Shown: piece by piece, positions 9,289-17,330 of the stretch
Numbering within the stretch: the first letter of the stretch is position 1
How the letters are laid out: every line of letters starts with the position of its first letter
Source of the DNA: a bacterium
Lineage (GTDB): Bacteria > Patescibacteriota > Patescibacteriia > UBA2591 > MWDC01
NCBI GenBank assembly: GCA_021158435.1
Contig: JAGGUQ010000023.1
Span: 1 to 51,461, forward strand
Direction of reading: 5' to 3'
DNA: 51,461 nucleotides
Made by a program: the position numbers and the translations under genes
The notes under the pieces: generated by a model
What the model was told of the DNA's origin: nothing
Seen by the model: only the letters and a program-made list of their open reading frames with translations
The model's database searches: none

Positions 9289-9570
9289 TTAAAAAATTTC
9301 TTCCTCCTCCTCTTCCTGTTTTAAAACTTTTTCTTCCTCAGCAATTAACTTGTCCCATTCATCTCTGCCATCAATCAAAATATCAAGTCTTGCTCGGAAA
9401 TTTTTATTAAACTCATAAAGATACTTCGGATTTTGACGAAAAAGTTCAACCAAATCTTTCAATAATTTTTCTGGTAAAACAGGAAGAAAAACAAACAAAT
9501 CATTCTGATCTGTTAACTTTAATTTTGAAGATGAGATAATTTGTCTTAATTCCTCTAAAATATGACTCAT
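9289..9570 (-). CDS. Hypothetical small protein with an acidic tail (EEEEEEIF)
   Basis: A 93-aa ORF lying in an otherwise gene-free interval. No motif was recognised. Confidence 0.45.
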   Translation of the reverse strand: MSHILEELRQIISSSKLKLTDQNDLFVFLPVLPEKLLKDLVELFRQNPKYLYEFNKNFRARLDILIDGRDEWDKLIAEEEKVLKQEEEEEEIF

Positions 9571-9614
9571 ATCCTCCTTTTTCTTTAGAGTTCAACCTCT
9601 AAAGAAATAAATAA

Positions 9615-9869
9615 TTAGTTATGAATTTTTTCTGGATGATCTTTAATATTTACCATTAATTGCTGACAAATCTCGAAAATCCTCCTCATTTTATTTTCTT
9701 CAGAAAACTTAGCAAGCATTTTTCCCTCTTCTTCTAGCCGATCAACAAAAAACTTCTCATCCTGTTCTTTGGGATTTACCCATTTTTCCTTTATCTTTTC
9801 CAAATAAAAATCAACTTGCTTTTCTTGTTCTCTATTAGAAGGATTTTCAAAATTTAACACTTCTCTCAT
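9615..9869 (-). CDS. Hypothetical small charged protein
   Basis: An 84-aa ORF co-oriented with 9289-9570. No motif was recognised. Confidence 0.4.
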   Translation of the reverse strand: MREVLNFENPSNREQEKQVDFYLEKIKEKWVNPKEQDEKFFVDRLEEEGKMLAKFSEENKMRRIFEICQQLMVNIKDHPEKIHN

Positions 9870-9990
9870 AAAAAAATAATAGTAAAATAAATCTAGTATC
9901 TAAATTCATTTTCACTCTATTTAAAATTTTAGAGTGATTATGGAATCATAATATATTTTAAAAAATTGTCAATACTTAAAAAGCACAAAT

Positions 9991-10560
9991 ATGATCTATG
10001 CTCTCAGTGGAAAAATAATTCAAAAAAAACAAGATGGCTTAATCTTAAAAATAAACAATTGGCAAATAGAAATTCTCACAACTCCTTCAACTCTTAAAAA
10101 AGTAAAAATTCAAGAAAACAAATGCTTTTTTGTTTGCTTACATTTACAAGAAAATTTCGCAAAACTTTATGGATTTTTAACCGAAAAAGAGAAAATTTGG
10201 TTTGAAAAAATGATAAATATTCCTAGAATTGGTCCAAAATTAGCCCTAAATATTCTCAATTCAATTAATCCTCAAGAATTAGAAAATGCTCTATTAGAAA
10301 AAAATCCTGAAGCTTTAGCTTCAATATCCGGAATTGGTAAAAAAACAGCAGAAAGAATTATTCTTGAATTATCTGGAGAAATCAAAAATTTTTCAAATAA
10401 AACTTCTCCAAATAAAAATGATGATAATATTATAAAAGCCCTTAAAAAACTGGGCTTTTCCTCTCAAGAAATTAAAGAATTAATAAAATTAATCCCTCCT
10501 GAAATTAAAGAAGAAAAAGAAAGGATTGCTTATGCTTTAAAAATGGCTTCTAAGATTTAA
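9991..10560 (+). CDS. ruvA: Holliday junction branch-migration protein RuvA
   Basis: N-terminal OB-like region ending in LYGF, followed by two helix-hairpin-helix motifs (IPRIGPKLALNIL and ISGIGKKTAERIILEL). No ruvB is adjacent. Confidence 0.8.
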   Translation: MIYALSGKIIQKKQDGLILKINNWQIEILTTPSTLKKVKIQENKCFFVCLHLQENFAKLYGFLTEKEKIWFEKMINIPRIGPKLALNILNSINPQELENALLEKNPEALASISGIGKKTAERIILELSGEIKNFSNKTSPNKNDDNIIKALKKLGFSSQEIKELIKLIPPEIKEEKERIAYALKMASKI

Positions 10561-10867
10561 TTTTTATCTCTTTAATTTTTACTTTAGTAATTAATGGTCT
10601 AAAACCCATTTTTTTTCGATATCTAGTCTTAGGTTTGTATTTTATAATAGTAACTTTTTCACCCTTTTCCTGAGACAAAACCTCTCCTTGTACTACCACA
10701 TTGTCAAGAATGGGTTGACCAAGTAAAAACTTATCCCCAAAAATTCCTAATACGTCCTTAAACTCAACTCTTTCCCCTTTTTGTTGGGGGATTTTATTTA
10801 TTTCTAAAACATCTCCTTTCTTAACTATAAATTGTCTACCTCCTGTTTTTATAACAGCAAACAGCAT
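10550..10867 (-). CDS. rplU: 50S ribosomal protein L21
   Basis: Begins MLFAVIKTGGRQFIVKKGDVLEI; C-terminal region KKMGFRPLITKVKI. No rpmA lies downstream. Confidence 0.88.
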   Translation of the reverse strand: MLFAVIKTGGRQFIVKKGDVLEINKIPQQKGERVEFKDVLGIFGDKFLLGQPILDNVVVQGEVLSQEKGEKVTIIKYKPKTRYRKKMGFRPLITKVKIKEIKIKS

Positions 10868-10878
10868 AAAAATTTAGC

Positions 10879-13608
10879 TTAATCTTTTTGTATTCTAATT
10901 TTACAACCTTTTTCTAAAATGGCAATATCTCCTCTTGAAATTTTGTTTTCAAGTAAAAACCTCGCTAAAGCATCATTTACTTCTTCTTGAATAACCCTTT
11001 TCAATGGACGAGCACCAAAAAGAGGATCAAAACCTTTTTGAGCAAGTTCGCTAATTGCTTCTTCTGTAAATTTTAAAATTATACCTTTTTCTTCAACTTG
11101 TTGGGCAAGTTTATTCAACATTAAACGGGCTATTTCTTTAATGTTTTCCTTAGTTAAAGGCTTAAAAACCACTATACTATCAAACCTGTTTAAAAATTCT
11201 GGTTTAAAATAATCTTGTAGCTTTTCCTGAATTAAATCTTGTCTTATCTTTTCTAAAGGTGTATTTTTCTTAATTTCCTCCTGAATAAAAGAAGTACCTG
11301 CATTAGATGTTCCAATTAAAATAACATTAGTAAAGTCAACTGTTCTCCCTAAAGAATCTGTTAAACGACCATCATCCATTACTTGAAGAAAAAGATTTAA
11401 AATATCAGGATGGGCTTTCTCTATTTCATCAAGCAACAAAAGAGTATAAGGATTCTTTCTAACAGCTTCAGTTAAATAACCTGCTGAACTTCCATCTGGG
11501 GCCCCAATCAACCTATCTATGCTTTCTTTAGTCTGATATTCACTCATATCAATTCTAACCATTTGTTTTTCGCTTCCAAAATACACATAACTTACTGTTT
11601 TAGCTAATTCTGTTTTCCCAACTCCGGTTGGCCCTAAAAACAACAAATTAGCAATTGGCTTTCTTGTGTCTCTTAACTCCACCCTTGCCCTTCTCAAAGC
11701 ACTAGCCACCAATTTTACTGCTTCTTCTTGGTTAATAATCCTTTTATGAATTTCCTCCTCTAAATTAAGAAGCTTTTTAGATTCTGTCTGAGTAATACTT
11801 GTTAAAGGAATGCTCGTTTTTGAAGACACTAGAAAAGCAACATCTTCCTCTTTAACAAAGCTGTTTTTGCCTTTTTGATTTCTAACTAAAATCGCACATT
11901 CTTTTAAAAGATTAATTGCTTTTTCTGGCAAAAACCTCTCGTGAATATACCTTTTAGAAAACTCAAGGGTTGCCTTTAATGCTTTATAGGAAAAATAAAC
12001 ATCTTCTTTTGCCTCAATCTTATTAGCATTTAACCCAAGTATTTGAAGGTTCACTTCATCATTTGGTGGAGCTATAGAAACCATAGATAAAACTTCTCCC
12101 AAGGCAGTTCTTTCAATTAAACGGTAATACTCTTGAGGAATAGAGGTTGAAAGAACATAAATAAGCTTCTTTTTTATGGCGTCAGCTAAAATCTCAGAAA
12201 TATCCAACTCTCCACCCATGCCTTTAACTCCAACCATATTATGAATATCTCGAATAAAAAATACAATGTTTCCCGACCTAACTGCCTCAGAAATTATTAA
12301 ATTCAATCTTTGCTCTAATTCTCCCCTTTGAGTAGCCCCACTAATTAAATAGCTTAAATTTAAACTAACCAATCTCTTGTCCTGCAAAAATGGGGGCACG
12401 TCTTCAACAACCATTCTCCTAGCAATCCCATTAATAATTGTGGTCTTACCTACACCAGGGTTGCCAACTAAAACTACTCCATTTTGCCCGCTTTTTAAAA
12501 CCCTAAAAATTTCATCAATTTCTTTTTCTCTATCTAAACATAAAGGAAGGTAACCTCTTCTACCAATATCTGTTAAATCCTGGCAATAAGTATTAATTGT
12601 TGGCGTAGCAATGGCTAAATAAGCTCGGTCAATCCCTCTTTTTGGTTTATAACGGGCAAGCTCAGCAAATCTAACCATTTGCTTTGTTATCCCTTTTCTA
12701 ATATCAAACCATATCCCAACATTTTTTATATCTTCTTGTTCTACGCCCAAATCAAAAAATATATCCTTAATTTCTGGAGAATCTAAAACTAAAGATTCAA
12801 AAATGTCTAAAGGAGAAATAAAATGCCTTGATTTTTCTCCAGCTAAAACATAGCTTCTAAGTAAAGCTTTTTTAAAATCCGAAGAAAAATAAAGATTGTT
12901 TCTACTTTGTTTTTGCTCTCCTTTGCTTATTTCTTCTTTTATTTGTTCTTTTATGTCTTCAGGACTAATTTCCAGACGTACTAAAGCCTCCTGACAATCC
13001 TTATCCTCTAATAAAGCTCTTAACAAATGAACAGGTTCTACACTGCTAGCTTTTTCTTTGGAAGCTATTAACCAACTGGAATTTAAAATCTTCAAAGAGT
13101 CATTGGAAAGAGCATCAAAAACATTGATCCTATACTTTTTCTTAATCAACTTTATCTCTGACCAATTAACCGGCAAATACGTCCTAGGCAAGGATGACTT
13201 AGGAAAATTTTTTACCTGCTCCTGTTTAAATAAAGAATAAGAATAAAATAAATACAAATCAGTTAAAACAGAAATAAGGAAAATTAAAGAAGCTCTCTTT
13301 TCTAAAAGAAATAAATGTGATAATAAAGGCAAGTTAACAGCAAAGCCAATTTCTTTAAAATATGCAACTAAAATAGTTGCAAAATTATATAACCCAAAAA
13401 GACCAAATAAAACTAGAAGGATTGTTAAAATAAAATTTCTAAAAACCCTTAACCTATACTTAAAAATAGAGGAAGAAGAAAAATCTTTTCTAAAAGAAAT
13501 AAGGTATCCTCCATACCAAGAAAACACCCCTTGTCCTTTACATTCAGGACAAATGTGGCTATTTTTATACCCTCTGCCTTGACAAATTGGACAAATAATA
13601 AAGTCCAT
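10879..13608 (-). CDS. Atypical Clp/Hsp100 double-AAA+ ATPase with an N-terminal DnaJ-type zinc finger and two predicted TM helices
   Basis: The N-terminus carries CPICQGRG...CPECKGQG. Two hydrophobic helices follow (FILTILLVLFGLFGLYNFATILVAYF and ASLIFLISVLTDLYLFYSYSLF), then two Clp_N-like repeats. D1 has Walker A GNPGVGKT but reads VFFIRDIH where ILFIDELH is expected. D2 has GPTGVGKT and a canonical LLLLDEIEKAHPD. I saw no ClpB M-domain and no IGF/LGF ClpP-docking loop. Confidence 0.8.
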   Translation of the reverse strand: MDFIICPICQGRGYKNSHICPECKGQGVFSWYGGYLISFRKDFSSSSIFKYRLRVFRNFILTILLVLFGLFGLYNFATILVAYFKEIGFAVNLPLLSHLFLLEKRASLIFLISVLTDLYLFYSYSLFKQEQVKNFPKSSLPRTYLPVNWSEIKLIKKKYRINVFDALSNDSLKILNSSWLIASKEKASSVEPVHLLRALLEDKDCQEALVRLEISPEDIKEQIKEEISKGEQKQSRNNLYFSSDFKKALLRSYVLAGEKSRHFISPLDIFESLVLDSPEIKDIFFDLGVEQEDIKNVGIWFDIRKGITKQMVRFAELARYKPKRGIDRAYLAIATPTINTYCQDLTDIGRRGYLPLCLDREKEIDEIFRVLKSGQNGVVLVGNPGVGKTTIINGIARRMVVEDVPPFLQDKRLVSLNLSYLISGATQRGELEQRLNLIISEAVRSGNIVFFIRDIHNMVGVKGMGGELDISEILADAIKKKLIYVLSTSIPQEYYRLIERTALGEVLSMVSIAPPNDEVNLQILGLNANKIEAKEDVYFSYKALKATLEFSKRYIHERFLPEKAINLLKECAILVRNQKGKNSFVKEEDVAFLVSSKTSIPLTSITQTESKKLLNLEEEIHKRIINQEEAVKLVASALRRARVELRDTRKPIANLLFLGPTGVGKTELAKTVSYVYFGSEKQMVRIDMSEYQTKESIDRLIGAPDGSSAGYLTEAVRKNPYTLLLLDEIEKAHPDILNLFLQVMDDGRLTDSLGRTVDFTNVILIGTSNAGTSFIQEEIKKNTPLEKIRQDLIQEKLQDYFKPEFLNRFDSIVVFKPLTKENIKEIARLMLNKLAQQVEEKGIILKFTEEAISELAQKGFDPLFGARPLKRVIQEEVNDALARFLLENKISRGDIAILEKGCKIRIQKD

Positions 13609-13609
13609 T

Positions 13610-13945
13610 TTAAAAAATTATCCTAAAAATTAAATAAATAACTCCTGGTAAAATAATTAAATATAAAAATAAAAGAAAGATTTGCCAAGCTAAACCTAAA
13701 AAGAACAAAGTAAAGCGCCAAACTAAAATCACTACTCTCATAAAAAAACTAATAATCCTCCCACTAATAGAAAACTGACCAAACATTGGCTTAAAAAGAG
13801 ACTTAAGCATAATTTTTAAAGCCAATGCATAGGCAATTTTTTTTAACCGTTGAGAAAAAAAGACCAATTGAGACTTTAACCCTCTGGTATACCACCAAAA
13901 AGGAAAGTAAAAAACGTTTCCTAAACTTAAATTAAAGACACTCAT
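13610..13945 (-). CDS. Small polytopic membrane protein, translationally adjacent to the Clp-like ATPase
   Basis: A very hydrophobic 111-aa ORF. Its stop at 13610-13612 is 1 nt from the Clp start at 13608. Confidence 0.55.
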   Translation of the reverse strand: MSVFNLSLGNVFYFPFWWYTRGLKSQLVFFSQRLKKIAYALALKIMLKSLFKPMFGQFSISGRIISFFMRVVILVWRFTLFFLGLAWQIFLLFLYLIILPGVIYLIFRIIF

Positions 13946-13968
13946 ATTTATTAATTCTTGCTAAAAGG

Positions 13969-14691
13969 CTAATTTTTTTTACCTAAATGAAAAATAATTC
14001 TTTGTTCAATTATAGTAATAATTAAAGATGTGGCCCAATATATCATCAATCCTGAAGGAAGGGTCATTCCAATAAAAACAGTAAACAGAGGCATCATTAC
14101 TTTCATTTGTTGGTTTAAGGCTGAAACTTTATTCTCATCTTGTGCTTCTTTTGCCATTACCTTTTTCCCAGAAAGCACTGGCAACATTTTTGTTTGAATG
14201 TACTGCAATAAACCTGCTAAAATAGCCAAGAAAAGACTCGGTTTTGATAGTTCCAAAACCCCAAAAGCTAAAGTATTCATTAATCCTGGATCTTGAACAA
14301 AAGAATAAAGGGGTAAATTAGAAGAACTAAGACCTGTTCTAAAAACCTGAAACACTGCAATTAAAATAGGGAACTGAATTAACAAAGGCAAACAGGAAGC
14401 AAATGGGTTTACCTTATTTTCTTTATAAAGAGCCATTGTTTCCTGGGCTTGTCGGGCTTTGTCATTAGGATATTTCTTTCTAATTTCAACCAACTTAGAC
14501 TGGAGTTCTTGCATTGACTTTTGCCCTTTTAAAGCCAACCTATTCAAAGGAAAAAGTATCAGCTTAACAATTATCGTCAAACAAATAATTGCTAGCCACA
14601 ATTGTTCTCCTGGAATTAAATTATAAAACAATACTAAGAGATTTAGTAAGGGCTGATAAAGTATTACTCTAAAAAATTCTAACATAAACAA
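13969..14691 (-). CDS. yidC: Membrane protein insertase YidC (short, Oxa1-like form)
   Basis: Contains QKSMQELQSKLVEIRKKYPNDKARQAQETMALYKENKVNPFASCLPLLIQFPILIA. It sits after yidD and rnpA. Confidence 0.85.
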   Translation of the reverse strand: MFMLEFFRVILYQPLLNLLVLFYNLIPGEQLWLAIICLTIIVKLILFPLNRLALKGQKSMQELQSKLVEIRKKYPNDKARQAQETMALYKENKVNPFASCLPLLIQFPILIAVFQVFRTGLSSSNLPLYSFVQDPGLMNTLAFGVLELSKPSLFLAILAGLLQYIQTKMLPVLSGKKVMAKEAQDENKVSALNQQMKVMMPLFTVFIGMTLPSGLMIYWATSLIITIIEQRIIFHLGKKN

Positions 14692-14694
14692 TAG

Positions 14695-14967
14695 TTAAGG
14701 TAAATCAATCCCTCCTTTTGAAAAAGGGTTGCATCTTAAAACCCGCCAACCCACTTTTATTAATCCTTTAAAAAGACCATACTTCAAAATTACTGCTAAA
14801 GCATACTCAGAACAACTAGGCCAATAACGGCAAACTCTTGCCTGCCCTGGATAAGAGAAAAAGCCATGGTCTGGAGAAATTGTTTTTTGGTAAAACAAAA
14901 TAGATCCCAAAACAACCTTAGAGACAAAATCAAAAAATTTATTTTTTATTCTCATTATTAAACTCAT
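14695..14967 (-). CDS. yidD: Membrane protein insertion efficiency factor YidD
   Basis: Contains ISPDHG...CRYWPSCSEYA...LRCNPFSKGGIDLP. Confidence 0.8.
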   Translation of the reverse strand: MSLIMRIKNKFFDFVSKVVLGSILFYQKTISPDHGFFSYPGQARVCRYWPSCSEYALAVILKYGLFKGLIKVGWRVLRCNPFSKGGIDLP

Positions 14968-15307
14968 CTTTTAATAAAAAATTTTCTCTTAACAGGCCCA
15001 ATAGATTGTGTTTCAGCTCTACAAAAGGCAAATTCATTATTTCTTTTTTAGGAACAACAATAATATCAACTCCTGGTTCAATTTTATCTAAAAACTCCCG
15101 AAAAATAGAGTAAATTCTCCTTCTTAACAAATTTCTTTTTGTTGATTTTTTTTCTAATTTAACAGAAGCAATAATGCCAAAGCGGCAAAAGTCTAAATTA
15201 TTCTTTTTCCAATATATCCCTAAAAATTTATTAAAGCTTTTCTGTCCATGCTGAAAAACATTATCAAAGCATCTTTTCCCTGAAAGACGATATTTTTTTT
15301 TAATCAT
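14939..15307 (-). CDS. rnpA: Ribonuclease P protein component
   Basis: A basic 122-aa protein beginning KKYRLSGKRCFDNVFQHGQK, located directly downstream of rpmH. Confidence 0.8.
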   Translation of the reverse strand: MIKKKYRLSGKRCFDNVFQHGQKSFNKFLGIYWKKNNLDFCRFGIIASVKLEKKSTKRNLLRRRIYSIFREFLDKIEPGVDIIVVPKKEIMNLPFVELKHNLLGLLRENFLLKDEFNNENKK

Positions 15308-15317
15308 AAAGCAAAAA

Positions 15318-15452
15318 CTAAACTGTTAATCTTTTCCTGTTCTTTCTGCGCCGTCTTTTTAGAACATTTCTCCCAGCTGTAGTTCTCATTCTTTTTAAGA
15401 AGCCATGTGTTCTGGCTCTTTTTCTTCTTTTTGGTTGATAAGTTCTTTTCAT
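15318..15452 (-). CDS. rpmH: 50S ribosomal protein L34
   Basis: Below the ORF-track cutoff. Hand translation gives [44 protein letters not shown] (44 aa), the canonical L34 pattern. Confidence 0.9.
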   Translation of the reverse strand: MKRTYQPKRRKRARTHGFLKRMRTTAGRNVLKRRRRKNRKRLTV

Positions 15453-15470
15453 AAAAACAAATTTTAACAA

Positions 15471-16985
15471 TTAACGGGCATATTCAATAATTCTATTTTC
15501 TCTAATTACTGTTACCCTAATTTCTCCTGGGTACGTTAAATCTTCTTCAATTCTTTTAGCTATTTTTTTTGCTACTTCTAAAGCTTGTAAATCTGATATT
15601 TCTTCTGGCTTAACAAAAACTCTTAATTCCCTACCAGCCTCAATTGCATAACTTTTTTCAACACCTTCAAAACTAGAAGCTATTTTTTCTAACTCATCCA
15701 ACCTCTTTAAGTACTCTTCATAACTTTCTCTTCTCGCGCCAGGTCGAGCCCCAGAAATAGCATCAGCAACTTTGACAATCACTGCTTCTAATGTTGGAGG
15801 TTTGTCTTGATGATGGGTTGCAATGGGCACGATTATTTCTTCAGGAAGATTGTATTTTTCAGCAATTTCTTTACCAATTTCAGGATGAGTGCCTTCCACT
15901 TCTTGGTCAAGAGCTTTACCAATATCATGTAAGAGCCCTGCTTTTTTGCAAACATTAGCATCAGCTCCTAATTCCTGAGCCAAAAGATACGCTAAATTAG
16001 CCACTTCAATTGAGTGAACTAAAACATTTTGGCCATAACTTGTTCTGAATTTCAATCGACCAATTAATTGAACTAATTTTGGATCTAAGCCAACTATTCC
16101 TAAATTATAAACTGCTTCCTCTCCTGCCTTTTTTATCTCAGCTGATAACTCCTGTTTAACACTTTCAACTACTCTTTCTATTCTAGCTGGCTGAATCCGC
16201 CCATCAAGAATTAACTTTTCTAAAGTTCTTTTGGCAAGCTCCCTCCTTAAAGGCGAAAAAGCAGAAACAAAAACAGCTAAAGGAGTATCATCAACAATTA
16301 TTTCTGCTCCTGTTGCTGCTTCTAAGGCCCTTATATTTCTTCCTTCTCTTCCAATAATTCTACCCTTTATTTCATCTGAAGGTAAGCTTACTGAGGAAGT
16401 AGTAATATCAGCAACATGAGAAGAGCTACACCTTTCCACTACTTCTGTAATTAGTTGTTTAGCCTTTTTTTCTATTTGTTCTGCTCCTTGCTTTTCCAAT
16501 TTTCGTATTCTGTCTAAAATCTCTCTTTCCTGCTCCTGTTCTATCTTTTTAAATAGTTCCTGCTTAGCTTCTTCTGCTGACAAACCGGCAACTTCTTCTA
16601 ATTTCTTTTTTGCCTCCTCATATAAAGCTTTAATTTTTTCTTTTGCTTTTTCTATCTTTTCCTTTTCCTTTTCTATTTTTTCTTTGTCTTCATCTAATTT
16701 CAATAATTTTTTCTCAAATAAAGATTGTCTTTGGTCCAACTTATCAGCTAAAGTTTGAAGCTCTTGTCTTCTTTTTTTCTCTTCTGCTTTAGCTTCCTCA
16801 ATAATACTTAATGCTTCTTCGTTTGCCTTAAAAAATATTTCCTGTTGTTTTACTTTTGCTTTAGTAATAATTTCTTTGGCTTTTGCTTCTGCTGTATCAA
16901 CCTGATGCCTAGATATTTCCTGCCTAATTAAATAACCTAAGATCCCTCCAAAAATAACGCCAATAATTACAATTATCCAATACAT
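15471..16985 (-). CDS. rny: Ribonuclease Y
   Basis: N-terminal TM helix, a KE-rich coiled coil, KH motif GRIIGREGRNIRALE and HD domain LLHDIGKA...ATHH. Confidence 0.9.
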   Translation of the reverse strand: MYWIIVIIGVIFGGILGYLIRQEISRHQVDTAEAKAKEIITKAKVKQQEIFFKANEEALSIIEEAKAEEKKRRQELQTLADKLDQRQSLFEKKLLKLDEDKEKIEKEKEKIEKAKEKIKALYEEAKKKLEEVAGLSAEEAKQELFKKIEQEQEREILDRIRKLEKQGAEQIEKKAKQLITEVVERCSSSHVADITTSSVSLPSDEIKGRIIGREGRNIRALEAATGAEIIVDDTPLAVFVSAFSPLRRELAKRTLEKLILDGRIQPARIERVVESVKQELSAEIKKAGEEAVYNLGIVGLDPKLVQLIGRLKFRTSYGQNVLVHSIEVANLAYLLAQELGADANVCKKAGLLHDIGKALDQEVEGTHPEIGKEIAEKYNLPEEIIVPIATHHQDKPPTLEAVIVKVADAISGARPGARRESYEEYLKRLDELEKIASSFEGVEKSYAIEAGRELRVFVKPEEISDLQALEVAKKIAKRIEEDLTYPGEIRVTVIRENRIIEYAR

Positions 16986-17123
16986 ATATGTTTTAAATTA
17001 ATTAAAAATGAAATTTCCCTTTAGGTTTGCTCCTATAAAGGAGCATCCTTTATCTTAACAGATTTAATTCATAAAATCAAGAAACAACTCTAAAAAATGG
17101 TAAGCCTCTGTTCTCCTGACTTT

Positions 17124-17230
17124 TCCCGGAGTCTACCTCCGGAGTCTGCCTCCGGAGTCTGCCTCCGGGAAACTCTCCGGGGAAACAGAATTAATAAAAG
17201 CGGCGCTTATACGCCGTCCGCCAAATGGTT
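17124..17230 (+). repeat. GC-rich structured repeat, copy A. Related to the 3' part of the tnpB relic at 21810-21935.
   Basis: The 21-mer tcccggagtctacctccggag (17124-17144) is identical to 21810-21830. The 13-nt unit ccggagtct[a/g]cct occurs three times in tandem (17126-17164). Downstream similarity continues (ggggaaaca... and gcttatacgcc against gctttacgcc). Confidence 0.6.
17192..17217 (-). terminator. Possible terminator after tRNA-Arg
   Basis: Read on the minus strand, an all-GC 5-bp stem cggcg/cgccg with a 6-nt loop is followed by cttttatt. The stem is short. Confidence 0.35.
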
Positions 17231-17258
17231 AATAAAAAGCTATTCAACTAAATCTTAA

Positions 17259-17330
17259 TGCCCCTAGCAGGAATCGAACCTGCGCTTTGAGCTCCGGGGG
17301 CTCATGTTCTTTCCATTAAACTATAGGGGC
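17259..17330 (-). tRNA. tRNA-Arg (anticodon CCG) with C at position 33
   Basis: Reverse complement folds with acceptor gccccta/taggggc, D-stem gttt/gaac, anticodon stem tgagc/gctca with loop ccCCGga, and T-arm gcagg-ttcgatt-cctgc. It abuts the ftsX stop with no gap. Confidence 0.8.

Noticed and set aside
10550-10867. rplU lacking its usual partner rpmA as a notable anomaly.
   Set aside because: Operon fragmentation is pervasive in this window: gyrA lacks gyrB, ruvA lacks ruvB and gatB lacks gatCA. This case is therefore part of the general genome style rather than a specific signal.
13969-16985. A replication origin near rpmH-rnpA-yidD-yidC.
   Set aside because: rpmH is usually adjacent to dnaA and oriC, but here rny lies directly upstream with an 18-nt gap. 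No dnaA or dnaN is present, and I saw no cluster of TTATCCACA-like boxes. The only near match seen is a single TAATCCACA at about 21937.
17025-17050. The 7-bp hairpin tgctcct-ataa-aggagca upstream of rny as a terminator or riboswitch.
   Set aside because: It lies in the rny 5' region with no convincing T-run in the relevant (minus) orientation, and I recognise no conserved riboswitch core in it. It may belong to the repeat element flank, so it is left unannotated.
17126-17170. The tandem ccggagtct[a/g]cct repeats as a CRISPR array.
   Set aside because: The units are 13 nt long and directly abutting, with no spacers. There are only three copies, and no cas genes are in the window.
17100-17190. 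The GC-rich hairpin region as an SRP (4.5S) RNA or another housekeeping ncRNA.
   Set aside because: Its 5' end superficially recalls the 4.5S start (ctctgtt...ctcc). However, the conserved domain IV motifs (GGAA tetraloop context, AGCA symmetric loop) are absent. A homologous copy also sits inside the tnpB relic, which favours a mobile-element origin.
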